Origin: Companilactobacillus musae
GTDB taxonomy: Bacteria > Bacillota > Bacilli > Lactobacillales > Lactobacillaceae
DNA length: 24,000 nucleotides
Direction: 5' to 3'
Assembly (NCBI RefSeq): GCF_003967595.1
Contig: NZ_BIFW01000003.1
Coordinates: 52,468-76,467, forward strand
The position numbers were made by a program, and so were the translations under genes. Below are positions 15,469-24,000 of the stretch, one piece after another. The notes beneath the pieces are model-generated. The model did not search any database. It had not been told where the DNA came from and saw only the letters and a program-made list of their open reading frames with translations. The stretch's first letter is position 1, and each line of letters starts with the position of its first letter.

Positions 15469-17244
15469 TTATGCTTTAACGGATTCATTTTCTTTCAAAT
15501 AATCCAATTCAGCTTCACTGATTAATTCGTTTGTCTTTTCTGTATAATCCTTGATTTGATCATCTGTCCAATCGTAGTATTTAGCCATTTCACTAATTAC
15601 ACCATCTTTAATGCTCTTAATTTCGTCATGGTTAAATAGTAAGTTATTTGTACGACGGAAGAGATAATCTTCTGGTGTTAGAGTCATTTCATTTTCCATT
15701 GAATAGTGCAAACTCAAAGTTTCTGCCAAACTCAATCCAGCAATTGGTTTAACATCCTTAGCTTCAGCAATGACTTCTTCAGTATTTGAACCAAAGATAT
15801 TTGCCATCTTCTCGGCTCCGACTGGATCTACACCTGCGGCAACAGCCTCTTGAGCATACTTTTTGAGTTCTTCTTCAGCGTGATTTGAATCAAAGTCACC
15901 ACCGGAAACTTTGATATTAGCTGAATCAACTGGCTTATAATCACGAGCATATTGTGTATTCATAATTTCAATAATCATCTTCATAGCACCATCAGCCATC
16001 TTACGATAGTCAGTCAACTTACCACCGGCTAAGGTAATCAAACCATCATCAGCACGTTTCAATGAGCTACCTCTAGATACTTGAGAAGCAGTCAACTTAT
16101 GACTACCAGAATCACTAGCACCAGAAACTACATCTGGCTTTTCTTCTTTTTTATCATCTACCGGAGCAGGTTCTTCGGCAACAAGAGGTCTTACACCAGC
16201 CCAACTTGATTCAACATCATCAAGTGTAATATGAGCTTCTGGATACTTCTTGTTGATGATCTTTAATAAGTAGTCAACATCGCCTTGTTCTACCTTAGGA
16301 TGTGTTAAATCACCCTTAAAGTCAGTATCAGTTGTACCGAAGTATGTCTTACCATCTCTTGGAATTGTAAAGATCATACGACCATCATTAGTACCTGATC
16401 CAAAGTATGTTGGCTTTGGTACATTCAATCTAGATTGATCAACGACTAAATGAACACCCTTAGTTGGACGCATTTGAGTCTTAGCTTGATCATGCTTGTC
16501 ATCCAAATCTTTAACAAAGTCTGACCATGGACCTGAAGCATTAAGAACGATCTTGGCTTTAACATCAAACTCTTCACCACTGATCATATCTTTAACAGTT
16601 ACACCGCATGCATTGCCAAATTGATTATGAATAACCTTGACTGCCTTCATTCGGCTGACCATAAGTCCTCCGAGTTCATGAGCCTTCTTAATATTTTCAA
16701 TAACCAAACGAGAATCATTATTCAAGTAATCTAGATAAATTCCACCACCTGCAAGATTTTCAGGATTTAGTTGTGGTTCTAGTTTCAATACTTGTTCTTT
16801 ATTCAAAGTGTAATTAGCATACTTCTTCAAATGTTCTGATTCGTTGATTCCTGCCAAACGATCATATAGATCCATGGCAACTTTTACAGAAAACATTGAG
16901 AATGTCGTTCCAGGTTCATCATAAATTGGTAGCAACATTGGATCTGGTCTAGTTACGTGTGGTGCAACATGTTGAATAACTGCACGTTCTTGGACCGTAT
17001 CAGAAACAACCTCAACATCAAAGCTCTTGAGATATCTGATCCCACCATGAACTAGTCGTGTTGATCTTGATGAAGTACCAGCTCCAAAGTCTTGCATATC
17101 AATCAAAGCTGTTCTCATACCAGCAGCGCTAGCTTGTAGAGCAACACCTGCTCCGGTAATACCACCACCAATGATTAGTAAATCAAGTCTTCTAGTTTTT
17201 AATTTTTTTATTTCTTCTGCTCTACTTTTAATTGAAAATGTCAT
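15469..17244 (-). CDS. glpO: Alpha-glycerophosphate (glycerol-3-phosphate) oxidase, type 1 with internal insert
   Basis: FAD dinucleotide fold DLLIIGGGITGAGVA and GlpD/GlpO core blocks. A ~50-aa insert (VAEEPAPVDDKKEEKPDVVSGASDSGSHKLTASQ...) is characteristic of lactic-acid-bacterial GlpO. I call the start at the ATG at 17244 (GAGGGA 6 nt upstream); the track start at 17268 is a TTG. Confidence 0.9.
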   Translation of the reverse strand: MTFSIKSRAEEIKKLKTRRLDLLIIGGGITGAGVALQASAAGMRTALIDMQDFGAGTSSRSTRLVHGGIRYLKSFDVEVVSDTVQERAVIQHVAPHVTRPDPMLLPIYDEPGTTFSMFSVKVAMDLYDRLAGINESEHLKKYANYTLNKEQVLKLEPQLNPENLAGGGIYLDYLNNDSRLVIENIKKAHELGGLMVSRMKAVKVIHNQFGNACGVTVKDMISGEEFDVKAKIVLNASGPWSDFVKDLDDKHDQAKTQMRPTKGVHLVVDQSRLNVPKPTYFGSGTNDGRMIFTIPRDGKTYFGTTDTDFKGDLTHPKVEQGDVDYLLKIINKKYPEAHITLDDVESSWAGVRPLVAEEPAPVDDKKEEKPDVVSGASDSGSHKLTASQVSRGSSLKRADDGLITLAGGKLTDYRKMADGAMKMIIEIMNTQYARDYKPVDSANIKVSGGDFDSNHAEEELKKYAQEAVAAGVDPVGAEKMANIFGSNTEEVIAEAKDVKPIAGLSLAETLSLHYSMENEMTLTPEDYLFRRTNNLLFNHDEIKSIKDGVISEMAKYYDWTDDQIKDYTEKTNELISEAELDYLKENESVKA

Positions 17245-17300
17245 AGTTCGTCCCTCGTTACTACGCAAAAGATAATCAATTTGATCATCTGCAATGCATT

Positions 17301-18821
<1,521 letters not shown>

Positions 18822-18933
18822 TTATGAAAGAGGTGTGACTAGCTTAGTAGTCCCACAATTGCCACCATCCCTGACGACAAATACTAAGTTAACTTTTATT
18901 AACTCCTAACATAAATCTAAATCTTACTTTCTT

Positions 18934-19869
18934 TTAAGCTAATTCAATTTTTTTGTTAAGAACTTCTTGTGCTTCATCCATTAATTTCTTGACGATTTCT
19001 CCAGCTGGTAATGATTCTTTGATTAGGCCTGAAACTTGTCCACTAAATACCAAGCCATCTTCAACGTCATCTTTTTGAACGGCGTTTCTCAAGCCTTCAT
19101 TCATAACTGAATTGAATTCATCACGTGATACTTGATCTAATTCAAGTTCTGTCAATTTGTTAGCAATGTTGTTCTTGATAATACGTGAAGCATCTTTGAT
19201 TGTGGCACCAGCAACAACTGTTGATGTATCAGTAGCATCAATAACTAATTTTCTCCAGTTATCTCCAACAGGACTTTCTTTAGCAATTGAGAAGATTGTT
19301 CCACATTGAACACCCTTAGCACCAGCAACAAAGGCATTTACAACACCACGTCCATCACCAATACCACCAGCAGCGATAAGTGGAATTGAAACTGCATCAG
19401 CAATTTGTGGCCAGAGAGTTTGTGAAGTCAAGACACCAATGTGACCTCCACCTTCCATACCTTCGGCAATAACGGCATCAGCACCCATTTCTTCCATCTT
19501 CTTAGCGATTTTAACGTTAGGAATAACAGGACATACCTTAATTCCAGCGGCTTTCAAATCTTTCATATATGGCTTTGGTGTACCAGCACCAGTTGTGACA
19601 ACTTTAACGCCTTCATCGATAACGACCTTAACAACTTCTGGTGTGTTAGGATCCATCAACATCAAGTTAACGGCGAATGTATTATTAGTTAATTTCTTAG
19701 CCTTTTGAATTTCTGCTCTTACTTGTTCAGGTGTTTTACCACCAGCAGCGATAATACCAAGGCCCCCACCATTTGATACGGCAGCTGCTAGATCAGCAGT
19801 AGCAACTTCTTGCATAGCTCCTTGTACAACTGGGTATTTGATTCCTAAAAGTTTACATACTTCATTCAT
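18934..19869 (-). CDS. FMN-dependent NAD(P)H oxidoreductase, nitronate monooxygenase / FabK-like
   Basis: MNEVCKLLGIKYPVVQGAM..., GGLGII, EGMEGGGHIG and AAGGIGDGRG blocks. I call the start at the ATG at 19869, 8 nt after GGAGGA. The 26-codon upstream extension in the track has no RBS and runs into an inverted repeat. Confidence 0.8.
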   Translation of the reverse strand: MNEVCKLLGIKYPVVQGAMQEVATADLAAAVSNGGGLGIIAAGGKTPEQVRAEIQKAKKLTNNTFAVNLMLMDPNTPEVVKVVIDEGVKVVTTGAGTPKPYMKDLKAAGIKVCPVIPNVKIAKKMEEMGADAVIAEGMEGGGHIGVLTSQTLWPQIADAVSIPLIAAGGIGDGRGVVNAFVAGAKGVQCGTIFSIAKESPVGDNWRKLVIDATDTSTVVAGATIKDASRIIKNNIANKLTELELDQVSRDEFNSVMNEGLRNAVQKDDVEDGLVFSGQVSGLIKESLPAGEIVKKLMDEAQEVLNKKIELA

Positions 19870-19932
19870 TTTTAACATCCTCCAATAGAAAATTAAGTGA
19901 TAACCAAATCCATAAATGAAATTCATAGTTTT

Positions 19933-19978
19933 AAAATCAATTTTCATTTTCCTAGGCTAAATATTGAAAATTGATTTT
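19933..19978. promoter_or_regulatory. 14-bp perfect inverted repeat upstream of the FabK/NMO-like gene
   Basis: AAAATCAATTTTCA (19933-19946) and TGAAAATTGATTTT (19965-19978) separated by 18 nt, 64-110 nt upstream of the ATG. It could be an operator or a leader RNA hairpin. Confidence 0.4.
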
Positions 19979-19998
19979 CGTTTGCAATAATTTTTATT

Positions 19999-20013
19999 AT
20001 GCAAACGATTACT
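19999..20013. promoter_or_regulatory. cre-like site
   Basis: ATGCAAACGATTACT fits WTGNAANCGNWNNCW with no mismatch (two mismatches to the stricter TGWAANCGNTNWCA). Confidence 0.4.
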
Positions 20014-20157
20014 TGTGAAAACCATTTCTTTAATCTCTCGAGCGCTCCTACAATTTATAATACAAGCGATTATTCTAATTGCAAATTACGTTCAAATTTT
20101 TACTATTTATTAAATTATCAAAAATGCTGATTTAACAGCTTTTTGTAAATTCAGCAA

Positions 20158-20172
20158 TTGTAAGCGTTTACC
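20158..20172. promoter_or_regulatory. cre-like site
   Basis: TTGTAAGCGTTTACC, one mismatch (last base) to WTGNAANCGNWNNCW. It lies ~290 bp upstream of the nearest start codon, so function is doubtful. Confidence 0.35.
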
Positions 20173-20561
20173 TGATTTTTGTGGCAATTGTTGATAAATT
20201 ATAGCCACTACCGCTTTTATATCAACGTTTTTACGTAGTATAACTAGCTATTATGGTTATTATGATAAACAGTAAAGCATTTTTTTGCTTGAATTCATCA
20301 AATTAGCTTTATTGTTGATATATGTCATTTTAAGATATTTATTTTTGGATATTACGATAACATTTGCATAATTTAAAGTTATAGTATCTATATACGTTCT
20401 TTATTGCTCTGGTTTTTATCAAAAATTAAGCATTACAATTTTTAGTTATTGTATTCAAATAATAGACTTATTTTATTATAAATATCAAACTACATTTTAA
20501 CCAGAAAAATCGTATAATTTAAGTATAGTAGTTTGTATCTATTTAAAACAATTTTCATTAA

Positions 20562-21341
20562 TTATTTTTCTAAGAAATCCAGCATGATCGTATTAAACAA
20601 TTCCTGTTGTTCGGACATTATTATGTGTCCTGAATCTGGAACGACGATTGCTGTACCATTTTTACAAAGTTTTGCTGAAGCAATCGCATGGTCAGGTGAC
20701 CAAAAAGGACTTTCTTTTCCAGAAAGAAACAGAACCGGTACCTTTATGTCCTTGATGACATCTCGCCAATCTTGAAAAGCATGATCAAATAACAATGGAC
20801 GATTCAAGACGTAGTCAAACTTTCTACCATCTTGAACTGACTTAACCAACTTATAAGTTTCATCATCAATATTTCGATAAGTCGTATGAACTTGGTACAT
20901 TTTTTCAGCTTCATTAGGAAAATTATCCCAGTTAAGATTCAATAAACCATATGGCCAATTTGCATCAGATATCATCTTTGGTGATTGATCGACACTAATT
21001 ATTTTATCGATCCTCTTATCACCATAGAGTGAACAATATGCCCAGATTGTTGCAGCACCCATAGAATTACCCATCATACTGATCTTATTTATTTTCAAAT
21101 AATCTAATAATTCAGCAACATCTTTTCCTTGGCGACTCATGCGTAATCCTTTAGTAGTTGTCTCAGACCGTCCATGATTTCTTCGGTCTAAATTAATGAC
21201 TCGATAATGTTGACTTAAAACTTCAACTTGGGAACGCCAAATTTCTTTATATCCAGCATATCCCGTCATAATAAGGATTGGTTCACCTTGTCCAACGTCA
21301 TCGTATTCTAATCGCACACCATCACTTGTAATAAATTGCAT
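20562..21341 (-). CDS. Alpha/beta-fold hydrolase (esterase / haloperoxidase-like)
   Basis: 259 aa. Nucleophile elbow GNSMGA, HG oxyanion region (RRNHGRS) and C-terminal catalytic His (DSGHIIM). Confidence 0.8.
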   Translation of the reverse strand: MQFITSDGVRLEYDDVGQGEPILIMTGYAGYKEIWRSQVEVLSQHYRVINLDRRNHGRSETTTKGLRMSRQGKDVAELLDYLKINKISMMGNSMGAATIWAYCSLYGDKRIDKIISVDQSPKMISDANWPYGLLNLNWDNFPNEAEKMYQVHTTYRNIDDETYKLVKSVQDGRKFDYVLNRPLLFDHAFQDWRDVIKDIKVPVLFLSGKESPFWSPDHAIASAKLCKNGTAIVVPDSGHIIMSEQQELFNTIMLDFLEK

Positions 21342-21422
21342 TTCGCATACCTCATACTTTCTTTGAATTACTAATTCATCTAAATAATTAAATATGAAAC
21401 CACTACTATAATTTTTTGTTAT

Positions 21423-21450
21423 ATTGTAAGTTTTATTGCTATGATTGTAA
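21423..21450 (-). promoter_or_regulatory. Candidate sigma-A promoter of the hydrolase gene
   Basis: On the minus strand: TTACAA (21450-21445), 16-bp spacer, TACAAT (21428-21423). The -35 is embedded in the cre site. Confidence 0.35.
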
Positions 21451-21459
21451 GCGGTTACA
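21445..21459. promoter_or_regulatory. cre (CcpA) site, perfect consensus match
   Basis: TTGTAAGCGGTTACA. The core TGTAAGCGGTTACA matches TGWAANCGNTNWCA at every position. It lies in the divergent hydrolase/LysR intergenic region. Confidence 0.55.
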
Positions 21460-21471
21460 CGTATAGACCAA

Positions 21472-21483
21472 TTATAGCTATAA
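21472..21483. promoter_or_regulatory. 12-bp perfect palindrome, candidate LysR autoregulatory box overlapping a possible -10
   Basis: TTATAGCTATAA is its own reverse complement. It lies 22 nt upstream of the LysR ATG and overlaps TATAAC (21479-21484), which sits 18 bp after TTACAC (21455-21460). Confidence 0.35.
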
Positions 21484-21504
21484 CTTTAAAGGGGGAACTA
21501 CATT

Positions 21505-22407
21505 ATGGATATTCACCAAATCCAGTATTTGTTAACAATAGTTGACAATGACTTTAATCTCACTAAGAGTGCTCGTGTTTTAAATGTCTCACAGCCAGCA
21601 CTGAGTAAACTTATTAGTGAATTAGAAAATGTTGAACAGATTCAGATTTTCACTCGTGGCAAAGGTCGCATCACAGGCCTAACTCCAACCGGTGAAGATT
21701 TGATTAAACATGGTCGAACAATTAGTAAGGACTATGATAACTTACTTAAAAGTCTTCACGAAAGGGCTGATATAAAACGCGGTACGGTCAAAATTGGAAT
21801 TGCTCCAGTTATTATTTCAACTGTATTTAATCGTGCAATACCGAAGTTCATTCAAGAAAATCCCCAAATTGATTTACAAATAGTTGAGAAAGGTGCTTAT
21901 GAATTACAGAAAAAGCTCATTTTACAAGAAATTGATCTTGCCGTTCTGGTTTCGCCTGCTACCTACCCTTCTATAAAAGAAAAAACTATTTATGACGGTT
22001 CCGTATCGGTTTGGTTCAACAAAAATCATCGTTTCCACGATTTTAAAGGTCCTATTCCTTTTGAAGAAGTTGCTAAAGAAAAACTAGTAACTTTAGATGA
22101 TAGTTTCATGGTTACTTTCCAAACTAACCAAAAATTTTCTCAAAAAGATCTCAGCCCTAATTACTTCTTTAAAACTAGTTCGTGGGATCTTATTTTAAAC
22201 ATCTGTTCAGAACTAGATGATACTGTTGGAATTATTGCCTCACCAATTGGTCAAAATTATTCCGGAACTAATATTGAACATCGTGACTTCGACCCAACTT
22301 TTCCATGGAGAATCAGTATGTGCAGTCTTAAAGATGTTTATCAAAATGCTGCTGTTAAATATACTCAAGACTGGTTCGTCAATTACTTTAAAAATAAAAA
22401 TGAATAG
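21505..22407 (+). CDS. LysR-family transcriptional regulator
   Basis: 300 aa. N-terminal LysR HTH (IHQIQYLLTIVDNDFNLTKSARVLNVSQPALSKLISELE) plus a periplasmic-binding-protein-like effector domain. RBS AAAGGGGGA. Confidence 0.9.
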   Translation: MDIHQIQYLLTIVDNDFNLTKSARVLNVSQPALSKLISELENVEQIQIFTRGKGRITGLTPTGEDLIKHGRTISKDYDNLLKSLHERADIKRGTVKIGIAPVIISTVFNRAIPKFIQENPQIDLQIVEKGAYELQKKLILQEIDLAVLVSPATYPSIKEKTIYDGSVSVWFNKNHRFHDFKGPIPFEEVAKEKLVTLDDSFMVTFQTNQKFSQKDLSPNYFFKTSSWDLILNICSELDDTVGIIASPIGQNYSGTNIEHRDFDPTFPWRISMCSLKDVYQNAAVKYTQDWFVNYFKNKNE

Positions 22408-22413
22408 CCTTTA

Positions 22414-22458
22414 AAATAAAAATGTCTAATTCACCTAGGTGGATTAGACATTTTTTAT
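22414..22458. terminator. Bidirectional rho-independent terminator between the convergent LysR and CoA-transferase genes
   Basis: AATGTCTAATTCACC (22421-22435) pairs with GGTGGATTAGACATT (22438-22452, one G-U pair). An A-run lies upstream and TTTTTT downstream. Confidence 0.8.
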
Positions 22459-22512
22459 TAGGCAGAAATAACCATATGATCGTTTTTGTTATTTATATTT
22501 GCCAAGTTTATC

Positions 22513-24000
22513 CTATACAGTTTGTGCCACTTTTTCACCGGGATGGTTGTCAACGCTACCCATTAATGGTTCTTCAAAAATACGTGCATCCATGTAACGT
22601 AAGTCATCACTAATTTCTGGCTTAAAGTCCATGTGATCCAAGATATCCTTTTGTAGATCCATACCTGGAGCAATTTCGATCAACTCAATACCACCGTCAA
22701 CCAACTGGAAGACAGCACGTTCTGTAATATAGTAAACATTTTGTTTATTATCATGTGAAACTGGACCAGAGAATGTGATCTGTTCAACATTATTTACTAA
22801 TTTATTGAATTTACCTTCTTGAATAATATGTAATTTGCCATCTTTAACTTCTTCTTTTAGGCCACCGGCTGTAAATGTTCCAGTAAAGACAACGGTTGGA
22901 GTATTTTGAGTAATATTAACAAATCCGCCAGTACCAGCAATCTTTGGACCAAATTTAGAAACATTGATATTTCCAAGTTTGTCCAATTCAGCAAGGCCTA
23001 GGAAAGTAATATCAATCCCACCACCATCATAGAAGTCAAACATATATGGTTGATCAATAGTTGATTCTGGTGAAATGGCACAACCAAAGTCACCACCACC
23101 CATAGGAACACCGCCAAAGGTTCCGGGTTCAACTGTTGTAGTAATATTTTCAGCAGCTCCTTCTTCTTTCAAAATCAAAGAAACAGTTTCTGGATATTTA
23201 CCAATACCATAGTTAACAATATTATCGTTTTCATTCTTGTACATTGCAGCACGTCTAGCGATAACCTTCTTAGCATCAAGAGGCACGTTGATAGCACCAG
23301 CTGCTTTAACAACAGCTTGGTTAACATAGTCAGGGTTAAATTGTGTATCAGTACTTTGTTGTGTCATAGTAACATCTGAAGTTTCTACAACATAGTCGAC
23401 CAATAATCCTGGAATTCTAATATCCTTAGGTTTCATTGAACCTTTCTTCAAGATTCTCTTAACTTGAACAAAGACTTTACCACCATTATTATGTGCAGCC
23501 ATAGCAATAGAAGTTGATTCCAAAGTTAAAGGTTCATCATCAAAAGTGATATTACCATCTTCGTCAGCATAAGTACCACGCAAGATAGCTACGTTTGGCT
23601 TTGGTACTTCATATGCTAAGTAATCTTCACCATGGATCTTCATCTTAGAAACTAAATCGTCTTTTTTAGCTGCAGCATTTAATTTACCGCCCTCAATGTC
23701 TGGATCGACGAATGTTCCAAGGCCAACTCGACTAATTTGAACAGGCTTATGAGCAGCTGAATCACGGAAAATCTGTGACATGACACCTTGAGGGAAGTTA
23801 TATGCCTCAAAGTCGTTATTTTCTACTAATGGTTCAAGTTTTGGTGCTAAAGCCCAATGTCCACCAACTAATCTTCTTAATAATCCCTTAGTGGCAAAAT
23901 TGTTAGTACCTCTGTCTTTACCATCGCCAATACCTGATGCATGCCATACTTCTAGGTCCTTTGGATGACCTTCTTTATCAAATCTCTTACGAATATTTTC
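22513..24000 (-). CDS. Family-I acyl-CoA:acetate/3-ketoacid (propionate) CoA-transferase, YdiF/Pct-like; 5' end outside the window
   Basis: My hand translation shows the reading frame stays open above the track's Met (23781) to the window edge. It reads ...GIGDGKDRGTNNFATKGLLRRLVGGHWALAPKLEPLVENNDFEAYNFPQGVMSQIFRD, typical of this family. Confidence 0.85.
   Translation of the reverse strand, partial: ENIRKRFDKEGHPKDLEVWHASGIGDGKDRGTNNFATKGLLRRLVGGHWALAPKLEPLVENNDFEAYNFPQGVMSQIFRDSAAHKPVQISRVGLGTFVDPDIEGGKLNAAAKKDDLVSKMKIHGEDYLAYEVPKPNVAILRGTYADEDGNITFDDEPLTLESTSIAMAAHNNGGKVFVQVKRILKKGSMKPKDIRIPGLLVDYVVETSDVTMTQQSTDTQFNPDYVNQAVVKAAGAINVPLDAKKVIARRAAMYKNENDNIVNYGIGKYPETVSLILKEEGAAENITTTVEPGTFGGVPMGGGDFGCAISPESTIDQPYMFDFYDGGGIDITFLGLAELDKLGNINVSKFGPKIAGTGGFVNITQNTPTVVFTGTFTAGGLKEEVKDGKLHIIQEGKFNKLVNNVEQITFSGPVSHDNKQNVYYITERAVFQLVDGGIELIEIAPGMDLQKDILDHMDFKPEISDDLRYMDARIFEEPLMGSVDNHPGEKVAQTV

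Noticed and set aside
20188-20319. 10-mer ATTGTTGATA repeated at 20188-20197 and 20310-20319 in the long spacer
   Set aside because: It is too short and AT-rich to be significant. There is no further periodicity or array structure, so it is not a CRISPR or iteron-like repeat.

Overview
AT-rich (about one-third G+C by eye, not computed) chromosomal region with Firmicutes/Lactobacillales-type genes and GGAGG-type ribosome binding sites (RBS). I support 23 CDSs, 20 on the minus strand. I saw no rRNA, tRNA, CRISPR array, transposase or integrase. Layout: (1) 3' end of a glycerophosphodiester phosphodiesterase gene. (2) A 2-keto-3-deoxygluconate (KDG) module, kduD / orphan GatC-type PTS EIIC / PfkB kinase / eda / kdgK, with a divergent IclR regulator. 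(3) A tightly packed nine-gene minus-strand operon (6635-14105): PRD/EIIB-domain regulator, stand-alone PRD protein, glycine-rich SFCGS protein (DUF2620/YhfU-like), small soluble DUF4312-like protein, two polytopic membrane proteins (DUF4311-like, DUF4310-like), amidohydrolase, DgaE-like PLP ammonia-lyase, KDGP-aldolase-family protein. (4) glpK-glpO-apbE. (5) An FMN-dependent FabK/nitronate-monooxygenase-like gene followed by a ~690-bp ORF-free spacer. (6) An alpha/beta hydrolase, a divergent LysR regulator and a family-I CoA-transferase cut by the window end. The best candidate for an undescribed system is operon (3). Its enzymes act on already-phosphorylated sugar acids and its regulators are PTS-type (PRD/EIIB). 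However, it encodes no kinase and no recognisable transporter, only four uncharacterised proteins that may form a new uptake or phosphotransfer module. The second lead is a signal-peptide-less ApbE flavin transferase placed where glpF normally sits. It lies directly after a GlpO whose lineage-specific insert carries a D-x-x-S-G-A-S flavinylation-like motif. Several track ORFs have spurious N-terminal extensions, which I re-called from RBS positions. All family names come from motif recognition by eye, not from searches.
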